A stretch of 64,000 bases of DNA from Nitrosopumilus sp. (GTDB taxonomy: Archaea > Thermoproteota > Nitrososphaeria > Nitrososphaerales > Nitrosopumilaceae), in contig OY763927.2 of assembly GCA_963667665.2 (NCBI GenBank), forward strand, positions 1,504,001 through 1,568,000, read 5' to 3'. This document shows, one piece after another, positions 30,073 to 39,775 of the stretch; within the stretch, counting starts at the first letter, position 1, and every line of letters begins with the position of its first letter. Below the pieces are notes generated by a model. That model saw only the letters and a program-made list of their open reading frames with translations, was not told where the DNA came from and ran no database searches. The position numbers and the translations under genes were made by a program.

Positions 30073-30609
30073 TTAGAATCCAGGCATCTCAAGACCTTCT
30101 GTTTGGGCCAATTCGATCATGTAGAATTCAAGATATCCTCCTACCAAAAGAAGTGCCACAACAATTCCAATCTCTATAATTGTTGGTTTGATAAATGAAG
30201 AAAGACTGATCTTTTTGATTACTGCTCGAATTAGTATGAAACTTCTAGAGATACCTATAGAGTATGCAGTAATTTCCATCAAGCCAAATGGTAATAAGAA
30301 AAGAATTGAAAGTGGTGGTATTTCTCCTATTTCAGGAACAGTAATAGCAATTGCTGCAAAAGCAAATCCTGTAGACCAAGCAGAGAACAATCCCCATGCA
30401 ACCCCAAATCCTGGAATAAACATTGGTAGTGCAATAGTCAAGTTATGAGTAAAAATTCCAAATGCATCAATATCTAAAACAAGTTCTTCAAATTCAGACA
30501 TGAAAGCTTCTGCGTCTTCTTCACTTACGGAAGTCATTGAGCCTAACTGAAATGCTGCAGCAAAAATTCCTAAAAATATGAAAAATAAGATTATTCTGAT
30601 TTTATTCAC
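30073..30609 (-). CDS. SpoIIM/DUF95-family membrane protein
   Basis: IFTHNL, PFGLMEI, GGYLE. Confidence 0.8.
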   Translation of the reverse strand: MNKIRIILFFIFLGIFAAAFQLGSMTSVSEEDAEAFMSEFEELVLDIDAFGIFTHNLTIALPMFIPGFGVAWGLFSAWSTGFAFAAIAITVPEIGEIPPLSILFLLPFGLMEITAYSIGISRSFILIRAVIKKISLSSFIKPTIIEIGIVVALLLVGGYLEFYMIELAQTEGLEMPGF

Positions 30610-30673
30610 ATTGCCTTTTCATTTTATACAATATTTGAGGGTTGGTAGTTAGACACATATTTAATTAAACCAA

Positions 30674-32134
30674 ATGATATTTTTTGATATGAAAAAGGAA
30701 CTGACCTTTGTATTAAACTATGCATTAAACAAAGGATTTCAAATTCATCCAGATGCTTTTAAAATTTTAGAAAATTTTGATGTTAAAAAATTAGAGAAGA
30801 TCATAAAGGAAATAGTTAGAGAAAAGACCAAACAGAAATTATTCCAAATTAACCAAGACGATTTAGAAACATATCTTGGAATTAAAGAGGATCCAACACT
30901 ACAAAGTGAAATCAAAGTATTATCTGATCCTACGACAAAAATTACAACAGGTGAGGGAGTTAAAGGATATAATGCATTATTTTCAAGTCGTTTTAACAAA
31001 CTAAAACGAATAATTTCAGATAGACCAGAATCAAAAAAACTCAAATCTATTGCATCTGTAAAAACCACAAAACAGAATGGTGATATGTACGTCTGCGGTC
31101 TTGTCACTTCAAGAAGTGTTGAGAGAAATATCACAAAGTTGGTTTTAGAGGATCCATCAGGCTTGTTTGAGGGAATTGTTTTTGATAATGAATTACAAAA
31201 AACTGTAGGTACTCTTCTAACTGATCAATTCGTTATGGTAAGAACAGGTTTGGGAAAGAATTCTGGGTTTATTATAAAGGATATAATTCAGCCAGATATT
31301 CCAGACCAGGCCATCAACAAATCAGAATCTGAAGTATATGCAGTCTTTCTTTCAGATCTTCATATTGGTAGCAGGTACTTTATGGAGAAGGAATTCACAG
31401 AATTTGTTTCGTGGCTATCAAGTCCAGATCCAGTAGCAAGAAAAATTCGTTTTGTTCTAATTGGTGGAGATGTAGTTGATGGAGTTGGAATATACCCTAA
31501 TCAGGATAAAGAATTGATTTGCCAAACCATAGAGGAGCAGCTAAAAAAGGCAGTAGATTTGATTGATAAAATTCCAAAAAATATGAAGGTGATTATAATG
31601 CCTGGAAACCATGACCCTGGTAGAAGAGCCCTTCCACAACCAGCTATCCCAAAAAAATACAATTCAAGTTTGTGGGAAATGGAAAATGTGGTTATGGTTG
31701 GAAACCCAGCAGTAGTCTCATTGAATGGTGTAAAGGTAATGATGTTTCATGGACAAAGTATTGATGATATTGTAAAAACCACGCCTGGTCTGAGTTACGA
31801 CAAACCAACTAATGTAATGAAACATCTTCTCAAAGCTAGACACCTAAGTCCAATTTATGGTAGCCAAACACCCATTGCACCAGAGATGCAAGATCTTTTA
31901 GTAATTGAGGATGTTCCAGATATCTTTCATGTGGGTCATGTTCACAGAGCAGAATTGGATATGTATAAGGGAATTTTACTGATAAATTCTGGTTCATGGC
32001 AAAAACAGACACCTTTCCAGGCAAGTGTTGGGATGACCCCAAATCCAGGAATTGCACTAATGGTTAATCTAAAAACTTTCCAAGTATTTCATCAAAATTA
32101 TAATTTAGAGTTAGATAATATCCTTCAAAGTTAG
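30674..32134 (+). CDS. polB: DNA polymerase D small subunit DP1
   Basis: SDLHIGS, GDVVDG, PGNHD, FHGQS, GHVH phosphoesterase motifs plus OB fold. Confidence 0.95.
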   Translation: MIFFDMKKELTFVLNYALNKGFQIHPDAFKILENFDVKKLEKIIKEIVREKTKQKLFQINQDDLETYLGIKEDPTLQSEIKVLSDPTTKITTGEGVKGYNALFSSRFNKLKRIISDRPESKKLKSIASVKTTKQNGDMYVCGLVTSRSVERNITKLVLEDPSGLFEGIVFDNELQKTVGTLLTDQFVMVRTGLGKNSGFIIKDIIQPDIPDQAINKSESEVYAVFLSDLHIGSRYFMEKEFTEFVSWLSSPDPVARKIRFVLIGGDVVDGVGIYPNQDKELICQTIEEQLKKAVDLIDKIPKNMKVIIMPGNHDPGRRALPQPAIPKKYNSSLWEMENVVMVGNPAVVSLNGVKVMMFHGQSIDDIVKTTPGLSYDKPTNVMKHLLKARHLSPIYGSQTPIAPEMQDLLVIEDVPDIFHVGHVHRAELDMYKGILLINSGSWQKQTPFQASVGMTPNPGIALMVNLKTFQVFHQNYNLELDNILQS

Positions 32135-33313
32135 ATCATCTTTGAAAGTCTTTTTTACCATTTCAGATGAGATTGTAAGTTTGTATTTTTTTGTCCTACC
32201 ATGAATTCCTTGATGAATCAGTTTGCCAGTAATAATTCCAGATAATTCAATTTCACTTAACATTTGTGTAACTCTTCTTTGGGTTAGCTCATCCCGACCA
32301 ACTGTCTTGCAGAGATTTTTGTATGATGAATAAATCTCTCCTGTGGAAGAGTCTTTTGCCTTCATAATTGCAAGAATGACCAGTTTTTCATGAAGCGGAT
32401 ATGATTTCAGAGAAGTTTCTTCTTTGTTTTCTTCAATTTTTAGAGAGGCTTCTCTAACATGTTCAGCTGTAACTTTCTTTGATTGTTGCCTTTCTGCAAT
32501 CTCTCCTGCTACACGAATTAGATCAATTGCCCTACGAGCATCACCGTGTTCTCCTCCTGCTAGTGCAGCACATAGATTTAGGGCTGAATCTTCAACAGTG
32601 TTCTCAATAAAAGCCTCGTTAATTCTCTCTTCAAGAATTGTTTTAATTTGTTCAACATTATAATTAGTAAAGACAATCTCTTCCTCACCCAGACTACTAA
32701 TTACTCTAGGATCTAGTTTTTCTTTGAATGTAAGGTCGTTGGAAATTCCAACCAAAGTTAGGGAGCCTTGTTTTAGTCGCTCATTTGCTCTTGTTAATTG
32801 GTATAAGATGTCCTTACCTGTTTTTGAGACTAGTTGGGCTAGATAGTCAATCTCATCAATTACAAAAATTGCGTTAAGTTTTCCTTCATCAATTTTATTG
32901 AGAATTCTTTTGAAGACCTCACTTATTGCAAGACCAGTTATGGGTAATTCCTTCTCATTTAGATTTAATTGTCTGCCTAGGCTGACTAATAATCCGTATA
33001 GTGTAGTCTCTTCTTTAGAGTTTGAATAAACGAGTTTAATTGGAAAATTTGATTTTTCTACTCTCTCTTGTATTTTAGAAATTACTTTTTTTACAACTAA
33101 TGTTTTACCAATTCCAGGTTTTCCATATACCAAAAGATTTGATGGTCTAGATTGTTTTAGTATTGGTAATAGTGATTGGGTAACTTGTTCTTGTTCAGTA
33201 TTTCTATGTTGGATGGTATTTGGTATGTATGATGTTTGAAGAATATCTCTGTTTTTTATTATAGACTTGCCTGATTCTGCTGCATCAAGTAATCTATCTA
33301 TTGGATCTGACAT
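32111..33313 (-). CDS. cdc6: Cdc6/Orc1 replication initiator
   Basis: Walker A GKPGIGKT, IDEID, GDARRAIDL, C-terminal wHTH; ATG at 33313. Confidence 0.96.
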   Translation of the reverse strand: MSDPIDRLLDAAESGKSIIKNRDILQTSYIPNTIQHRNTEQEQVTQSLLPILKQSRPSNLLVYGKPGIGKTLVVKKVISKIQERVEKSNFPIKLVYSNSKEETTLYGLLVSLGRQLNLNEKELPITGLAISEVFKRILNKIDEGKLNAIFVIDEIDYLAQLVSKTGKDILYQLTRANERLKQGSLTLVGISNDLTFKEKLDPRVISSLGEEEIVFTNYNVEQIKTILEERINEAFIENTVEDSALNLCAALAGGEHGDARRAIDLIRVAGEIAERQQSKKVTAEHVREASLKIEENKEETSLKSYPLHEKLVILAIMKAKDSSTGEIYSSYKNLCKTVGRDELTQRRVTQMLSEIELSGIITGKLIHQGIHGRTKKYKLTISSEMVKKTFKDDLTLKDII

Positions 33314-33314
33314 A

Positions 33315-33785
33315 CTCACACACCTTTGTTTCCTATCAATAATATCATAACCATATTTGAATTAAGAGGGTATAGAAGAGAATAGTAACTCTAGTTTAGT
33401 TTGTAATTAATTATTTTTAGTTAGATTTTGATTTTCTTAAAAAAAAAATTATAAAAAATATAGAGTGGAAAGATTGGTGTGTGAGTTGAATCTAATTTTT
33501 ACTGTAAAGTTAACAGTTTGTTAATTTACTGTTATGAAATTATACAAAAAGCCTGTTTTGACCCTTTAATTTCCACTCCAGGCGTTAAGATTGATGTTAA
33601 CACTGTGAATAAACATGAAATTACCCCTTTAATTTCCACTCCAGGCATGAATATTTCCTAATTAGAGGGGATTTTACATGGGAGTGTGTTAATAACAAAA
33701 ATATGGTTAGGCGTGACCTACGCAGTCAATGTTAACAAACAAACTAGTTAACAAACATTCTTGGATCAATTGAATTGTTAACATT
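33315..33785. other. replication origin (oriC) with ORB elements and AT-rich unwinding element
   Basis: Exact 22-bp repeat CCCTTTAATTTCCACTCCAGGC at 33562-33583 and 33625-33646 (reverse complement contains GAGTGGAAATTAAAGGG, ORB-like); ORB-like inverted pair 33315-33333 / 33467-33485 flanks an A/T tract; directly upstream of cdc6. Confidence 0.88.
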
Positions 33786-33805
33786 TGATCCTTTAGATCT
33801 CAAAG

Positions 33806-34192
33806 ATGGCTAAAAAACGTATTCGAATAGACATGAAGGACTCAGATGGTGCACGATTTGACATCAAAATAGAAGGTAATGTTACCAGAGAAAAGGTTCT
33901 CAAAATATTTGAAATGATGGACTTGATGAATATTGAAGAAGAACAAGAAATAATAAATATGGATTCAGTAGGCTCAAAAATTTGGCATATTGTGGATAAA
34001 TTCTTCCCAATAGGTAAATTTACCTCCACGACCATTCTTGAAAAATACGAAGATGAATTCAACGAACCAGTAAAACTTAGTATAATATCGACCTATTTGT
34101 CACGTTTTTCATCAAAAGGTAAGATTGATAGAGTTAGAACAGGTCGTGAATGGACCTATCAAGCCATTAAGATAGGCCAAAAACAACGATAA
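33806..34192 (+). CDS. origin-adjacent winged-helix protein
   Basis: FTSTTILEKYEDEFNEPVKLSIISTYLSRF and REWTY wHTH pattern. Confidence 0.8.
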   Translation: MAKKRIRIDMKDSDGARFDIKIEGNVTREKVLKIFEMMDLMNIEEEQEIINMDSVGSKIWHIVDKFFPIGKFTSTTILEKYEDEFNEPVKLSIISTYLSRFSSKGKIDRVRTGREWTYQAIKIGQKQR

Positions 34193-34196
34193 CTAA

Positions 34197-34358
34197 TCAA
34201 GAAATGGTTATTTTTCTGACAATTAACCGATCTTTTTCAAGAATCAACTTAACATATTCACCTTTTTGAACATCCATGTATTTCCTAAATTGTTTAGGAA
34301 TAGAAATTGTCCCGGCTGAGGTAATTTTTACCAAAACTTCATTCTCTTGAACAGACAT
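34197..34358 (-). CDS. AbrB/MazE/SpoVT-family DNA-binding protein; missing from the ORF track
   Basis: Manual translation MSVQENEVLVKITSAGTISIPKQFRKYMDVQKGEYVKLILEKDRLIVRKITIS (53 aa). Confidence 0.88.
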   Translation of the reverse strand: MSVQENEVLVKITSAGTISIPKQFRKYMDVQKGEYVKLILEKDRLIVRKITIS

Positions 34359-34474
34359 ATTATAATTATAATCTTATAATATATATAATTTATAATTAAT
34401 AATGAATTGTCGTGTTTTCTTAAAAATTTGAATGAAAGAACAAAAATCTATTCTAGTAAAGGGAAAAGAATCTC

Positions 34475-35077
34475 TTATGCAATTATGGGACTAGATTGAA
34501 CATCATCAACCTTTGCTTTTCCCTTTTCAGTTATTGAATAAGTGTATGGTTTAGTTTCTATATTTCTTTGAACATAACCATCATCAAATAATTTCTTCAT
34601 TAATCTTGAAGTATGTTCTCTACTTTTCTTTAATGTGATTTGTATGTCACGTGATGTCACAGTTTTGTTTGTGATTAAATGCAACACATAATCTGTTGGG
34701 TTTGTGTATTCTATACTAGGAATGCTAGGGGTTGAAACTGGTTTTTCAGACATTACTTTTGGTTTACTAACTTCCTCAACTTCATTCTCTTTGATTTTGT
34801 TATTTACTAATTTTCCTAAGAGTTGTTTTAATTCAAAGTTAGAATCATCTGTTTTAGGCTCAATTCCTTGAATTTCTAAAGCATCTAGGCGTATTTTCAT
34901 GTCAATTAACTGCCTTTCATAGAATTCTAAACGCTCAGATTGTGGAACATCAGTCATTTCACTCTTTGATTTAATGAATGGAAGTACTTTGTAGAATACG
35001 TACAACCCACCTAAACCAACCACAAATGCTAAAATCACACTCAAAATCACCTCAGGATCAGGAATTTCTATTAACAT
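34475..35077 (-). CDS. membrane-anchored coiled-coil/wHTH protein
   Basis: Start MLIEIPDPE; TM VILSVILAFVVGLGGLYVF; coiled coil; C-terminal TSRDIQITLKKSREHTSRLMKKLFDDGYV and YSITEKG. Confidence 0.82.
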   Translation of the reverse strand: MLIEIPDPEVILSVILAFVVGLGGLYVFYKVLPFIKSKSEMTDVPQSERLEFYERQLIDMKIRLDALEIQGIEPKTDDSNFELKQLLGKLVNNKIKENEVEEVSKPKVMSEKPVSTPSIPSIEYTNPTDYVLHLITNKTVTSRDIQITLKKSREHTSRLMKKLFDDGYVQRNIETKPYTYSITEKGKAKVDDVQSSPIIA

Positions 35078-35323
35078 CACAAATTTACGCCTATGTTGTG
35101 ATTTATCGTGATTGAACAACATTATTTTACACTTTAGATTAACATACTGACACATACAATCACAAACACATCAACTACTTTTTCATATTCGTCACCACAA
35201 ACATCACATATTACATGCCTTTCGAATAGTCATATCTATCACCCTAGTGATTTGTTCTTCTCTTTCTGGAAATATATCACCATCATTCATCACACGAATG
35301 TTCTCTGAAAGTTTTGATATCAC
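35034..35323. repeat. dense ATCAC/GTGAT motif array
   Basis: 12 copies in ~290 bp, plus five RTCAC-type copies at 34635-34675. Confidence 0.7.
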
Positions 35324-35566
35324 ATCAATATCATCAGGTAAGAGTATGCCTAGACCACGAAAAAGTATGATTGAATAGAATAATGCAATTAATTTCTCTC
35401 TTGACTGCCCAACTTGCCTGTAATATGCTCCTCTTGATATAGAAAATTTAGATTCTAGAAGATCCTTCTGATTTAAAATAATTTCAATTTGTCGCTCTGT
35501 AAATAGTGATTTTTTGATGATTTGACGAATAATATTGTTAAAATTAGATTCTTCAGACTCTGCCAT
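35204..35566 (-). CDS. HTH protein (Tfx/sigma-70 region 4-like)
   Basis: LFTERQIEII and ISRGAYYRQVGQSREKL. Confidence 0.75.
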   Translation of the reverse strand: MAESEESNFNNIIRQIIKKSLFTERQIEIILNQKDLLESKFSISRGAYYRQVGQSREKLIALFYSIILFRGLGILLPDDIDVISKLSENIRVMNDGDIFPEREEQITRVIDMTIRKACNM

Positions 35567-35631
35567 AGCTATACAAATCTGTATACTGACATTCCAATTA
35601 AACTTTAAAGAGTCATCTACAAACCTCCACT

Positions 35632-36384
35632 ATGACTGGAAATAAAGTTGAATCGTTCCTAAAATCGGAATTAAAAAAGAAAAATGCGTTATTGTTTGTA
35701 TTAATTGATTCTGAGGTATCACAATTAAAAACATCAAGTAAGCTTGCAAAAGATGTTGAAAAGATAGGGGCTTCTGCAATCCTAGTTGGAGGTTCCTCAG
35801 CCACAGATCAGATTGAGATGGCTCAAGTGGTTAAAGGCATCAAAAAAGGTGTTAAAATTCCAATTATCTTATTTCCTGGAAATGTTACTGGTGTTGTGCC
35901 TGATGCTGATGCAATCTTATTTAGCTCTCTAATGAACTCAGAGAATCCATACTTTATCACACAAGCACAAGCATTAGGTGCTCCAAGTGTTCTCAAATTT
36001 GGTTTAGAGCCACTTCCTACTGCTTATTTGGTGATAGGAGATGGAACCTCTGCTTGGTTTGTAGGTTCAGCACGAGGAATTCCATTTGAAAAACCAAAAA
36101 TTGCAGCTGCATATGCCCTTGCTGCTCAATTCCTTGGTATGAGATTTGTATATTTAGAAGCAGGTTCTGGTGCAAAAACCAGTGTTACACCAGAGATGGT
36201 TAAGACAGTAAGGCGTGCTTTTAATGGTTTCTTGATAGTAGGAGGAGGAATTAAAGATGTTAAAACTGCCCAGAGTTTGGTCAAAGCAGGAGCCAACGCT
36301 TTGGTTATTGGGACATTCCTTGAAAAAGGAGGAAGCATCAAAAAACTCCAAGAAATAGCAAAAGTAATTCAAAGAAGCAAGTAG
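35632..36384 (+). CDS. geranylgeranylglyceryl phosphate synthase
   Basis: LVGGS, ILFPG, YLEAGSGA, VGGGI. Confidence 0.93.
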   Translation: MTGNKVESFLKSELKKKNALLFVLIDSEVSQLKTSSKLAKDVEKIGASAILVGGSSATDQIEMAQVVKGIKKGVKIPIILFPGNVTGVVPDADAILFSSLMNSENPYFITQAQALGAPSVLKFGLEPLPTAYLVIGDGTSAWFVGSARGIPFEKPKIAAAYALAAQFLGMRFVYLEAGSGAKTSVTPEMVKTVRRAFNGFLIVGGGIKDVKTAQSLVKAGANALVIGTFLEKGGSIKKLQEIAKVIQRSK

Positions 36385-36396
36385 TAGAATTGTATT

Positions 36397-39300
36397 ATGT
36401 CAGATAATGATGCAATTTCTCGTATTAGTGATATTGAGATGCCAGATTATTATCGTGATTATTACTCAAATCTCACAACTGAAACAGTTTCCATATTTGA
36501 GAAAGCAGCAGTTGCAAAATCAAGTTTGGTAGACTCTTCAGGAATAATCGAGCCTAAAATTGCATTTGATTTGGCAGATCGAGTTTCTAAAATGCACGAA
36601 ATTGATATTGCTGAACCACTTAGAGAACTACTAAAAATAAATGGAAAGGAGCTTTCTGCACTTATTTTATCAAAGGAAATTGCTCTTGGTAAATACTCTC
36701 TTTCTGATGCCACCTTAGAAGACAAACTAGATCTTGCAGTTCGTGTAGGGTTGGCAATTGTTACAGAAGGAGTTACCATAGCTCCTTTACAAGGAATTAG
36801 TGAAGTAAAGATAAAGAAAAACAAAGATGGTACGGAATATCTTTCAGTTTCTATTGCAGGACCTATGCGTTCAGCAGGTGGAACAGAATCTGCTGTAACA
36901 ATACTGATTGCAGATCATGTTAGAAAGGCAGTTGGGTTAACAAAATACCAAGCAAATTCTTTTGATGATGAAACTGGTAGATTTGTAGAGGAATTAAGAA
37001 TTTATGAAAGAGAGGCCAGTAGTTTTCAATTTCATATATTAGATGAAGATATTGAACATGTCATTTCTCACCTTCCAGTTGAATTAGATGGAGTAGATAC
37101 GGATCCATTTGAGGTTGTAAATCACAAATCTATGGCTCGCATCAAAACTGATAGGGTTAGAGGAGGTGCTTTACGAGTCTTAAATGATGGATTGATTGGA
37201 AGATCTAAAAAACTTCTCAAAAGGATTGAACTGTACAATCTAGATGGCTGGGAATGGCTCAATGATCTTAAAGGCGTAGTTCAAACAGGTGAAAATCAGG
37301 AAGACGCAGCTGCTAAAAGAATGCGTGAAGTAATTACAGGAAGATCAGTCTTATCCATGCCTAAAAAGTTAGGTGGGTTTCGATTAAGATATGGAAGAGC
37401 ATGTAATACTGGTTTTGCAGCAGTAGGCATTCATCCTGTATTAGGCGAAATTTTAGATCATACCATAGTTGTAGGAACACAAGTAAAAATTGATGTTCCA
37501 GGAAAAGGAGCAACTGTTGCTTTTGTTGATTCTATTGATACTCCAATAGTTCGTCTAAAAAATGGAAGTGTGGTTAAGATTAGAGACATTAAACATGGAT
37601 TAGAAATTAAAAACGAAATTGAAAAGATCCTACATTTAGGAGATATTCTAATTTCATTTGGAGACTTTCTTGAAAACAATGCTCAACTTATTCCTTCAGG
37701 ATATGTTGAGGAATTTTGGATAGAAGAACTAAAACAAAAAATCCAAAAATATGAGCCTGATGATCAATTCATTAAACAATTTCTGACTAGAATACCCTCA
37801 ATAGATGAAGCCCTGAAAATTTCCCTTGACTTTCAAATTCCACTTCACCCACATTATCTATATTTCTGGGATAAAATATCATCAAAAGAATTTGCCCAAC
37901 TTTTAGAACCAAAAAAAGTTACTGAAACATCAATTGAATACTTTATACAAACCAAAAAAATTCTTGAAAAATTGGGAGTTCCTCATAAAGTTGAAAATGA
38001 AACTATAATCTTAGAAAATCTAGAGGCAAAAATTTTCTACAATCTATTGTTTAGAGAAAAACCAACAATTAGTGATTTATCAATTCCAAAAATTCTATCA
38101 AAATCATCAGGAATTCAAATTAAAAATAAATTCTCAACATCAATTGGAGTTCGAATTGGAAGACCTGAAAAAGCAGCTGCTAGACAAATGAAACCTCCAA
38201 CTCATGTCTTATTTCCAGTTAGTGATAAAGGAGGACCCACTAGAGATCTTCTAAAAGCATCAAGAAATGAACATTTCTTTACTAACATATTCAATAGATT
38301 TTGTAACGAATGTGATGAACCATCTATAGGCATAAAATGCTCTAAATGTGGCACTAAAACAACAATCATCTACAAATGTCCTAACTGTAGAGATACTCTC
38401 AAAGAACCATATTGTGAAAAATGTAAACGTAAAGCACAAACTCATTCCCACAAAGAATTTCCACTAAAAACAAAATTACTATCCGCTCAGGAAAAGATGG
38501 GATTACGTGTTAAAGAACCATTCAAAGGCGTCAAAGAGCTAATTAACCAAGATAGAATTGCTGAACCTCTAGAAAAAGGAATAGTACGTCAAAACTTTGG
38601 ACTTACAGTCTTCAAAGATGGGACTGTTAGATTTGATGCAACAAATTCTCCCTTAACTCAATTCAAACCATCATGGATTGGAACATCAATTCAGAAACTA
38701 AAGGAGCTTGGATATTCTCATGACATAGATGGAAAACCAATTACAGACTTGGATCAGATAATTGAACTTCGTATGCAGGATGTGATAATTCCTTATGAAA
38801 GCGGAAACTATCTAGTTTCTACCTGTAAATACATTGATACTCTTTTAGTGAAATTCTATGGAAAATCTAAATTTTACAAAGTAAAGAATACTGAAGAGCT
38901 TATCGGTCATTTAGTAATTGGGCTAGCTCCACATACTTCTGTTGGAATCGTAGGACGAATCATTGGATATACAGAAACCCATGTTTGTTTTGGAACTCCA
39001 AACTGGCACTCTGCAAAAAGAAGAGATGCTGATGGTGATGCTGATTCTATAATGCTTCTAATGGATAGTTTACTTAATTTCTCAAGACAGTTTCTTTCTG
39101 ATAGAATAGGTGGGCTAATGGATGCACCATTACTTATTCAACCACTTGTTTTACCTCATGAATCTCAACCTCAAGCACACAATCTTGAAGTTACAAAGTC
39201 ACTTCCTTTAGAATTCTTCGAGTCTACACTTGAACAGATCAAAGCATCAGACGTGTCATCTGTAGAAATTATAAAATCACGTCTAGAAACTGAAAGACAG

Positions 39301-39774
39301 TTTTATGATTATTTCTTTACACATTCAACTTCATCTCTAACCACTTCAAAATCTCGTAGTGCCTATTCTACACTTGGTTCAATGCTTGACAAATTTGATA
39401 TGCAAATTAGAAATGCAGAATTAATTGATGTGGTAAATCCTTCCGAAATTGTTTCAAATGTAATTTCAACACACCTAGTTCCAGATATAATGGGAAATCT
39501 TAGAGCGTATGCAAGACAAAACTTTAGGTGCACAGGCTGTGGAAAATCATTTCGTCGAATGCCTCTAATTCAAACATGTGTCTGTGGTCATAAACTAATT
39601 GCTACAATTACAAGAGGCTCTGTTGAAAAATATCTAAAACTTGCTAAAAGACTTGTTGAGAAATATGATGTTGGTGAATATCAAAAAGGAAGAATTCATG
39701 CTCTATCAGATGAAATTGAATTAGTATTTGGTAAGAGTAAAGGTGACCAATCACTTCTTACTGATTACGCCTAG
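36397..39774 (+). CDS. polC: DNA polymerase D large subunit DP2
   Basis: AGPMRSAGGT, GFRLRYGR, catalytic KRRDADGDAD, Zn fingers; no intein. Confidence 0.97.
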   Translation: MSDNDAISRISDIEMPDYYRDYYSNLTTETVSIFEKAAVAKSSLVDSSGIIEPKIAFDLADRVSKMHEIDIAEPLRELLKINGKELSALILSKEIALGKYSLSDATLEDKLDLAVRVGLAIVTEGVTIAPLQGISEVKIKKNKDGTEYLSVSIAGPMRSAGGTESAVTILIADHVRKAVGLTKYQANSFDDETGRFVEELRIYEREASSFQFHILDEDIEHVISHLPVELDGVDTDPFEVVNHKSMARIKTDRVRGGALRVLNDGLIGRSKKLLKRIELYNLDGWEWLNDLKGVVQTGENQEDAAAKRMREVITGRSVLSMPKKLGGFRLRYGRACNTGFAAVGIHPVLGEILDHTIVVGTQVKIDVPGKGATVAFVDSIDTPIVRLKNGSVVKIRDIKHGLEIKNEIEKILHLGDILISFGDFLENNAQLIPSGYVEEFWIEELKQKIQKYEPDDQFIKQFLTRIPSIDEALKISLDFQIPLHPHYLYFWDKISSKEFAQLLEPKKVTETSIEYFIQTKKILEKLGVPHKVENETIILENLEAKIFYNLLFREKPTISDLSIPKILSKSSGIQIKNKFSTSIGVRIGRPEKAAARQMKPPTHVLFPVSDKGGPTRDLLKASRNEHFFTNIFNRFCNECDEPSIGIKCSKCGTKTTIIYKCPNCRDTLKEPYCEKCKRKAQTHSHKEFPLKTKLLSAQEKMGLRVKEPFKGVKELINQDRIAEPLEKGIVRQNFGLTVFKDGTVRFDATNSPLTQFKPSWIGTSIQKLKELGYSHDIDGKPITDLDQIIELRMQDVIIPYESGNYLVSTCKYIDTLLVKFYGKSKFYKVKNTEELIGHLVIGLAPHTSVGIVGRIIGYTETHVCFGTPNWHSAKRRDADGDADSIMLLMDSLLNFSRQFLSDRIGGLMDAPLLIQPLVLPHESQPQAHNLEVTKSLPLEFFESTLEQIKASDVSSVEIIKSRLETERQFYDYFFTHSTSSLTTSKSRSAYSTLGSMLDKFDMQIRNAELIDVVNPSEIVSNVISTHLVPDIMGNLRAYARQNFRCTGCGKSFRRMPLIQTCVCGHKLIATITRGSVEKYLKLAKRLVEKYDVGEYQKGRIHALSDEIELVFGKSKGDQSLLTDYA

Positions 39775-39775
39775 A

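Noticed and set aside
33562-33646. 22-bp repeat pair with a 41-bp spacer as a mini-CRISPR
   Set aside because: Only two copies; they match the ORB consensus and lie upstream of cdc6
36397-39774. Intein in PolD DP2
   Set aside because: Length is normal, and there are no splice-junction or LAGLIDADG motifs at the usual site near the catalytic motif
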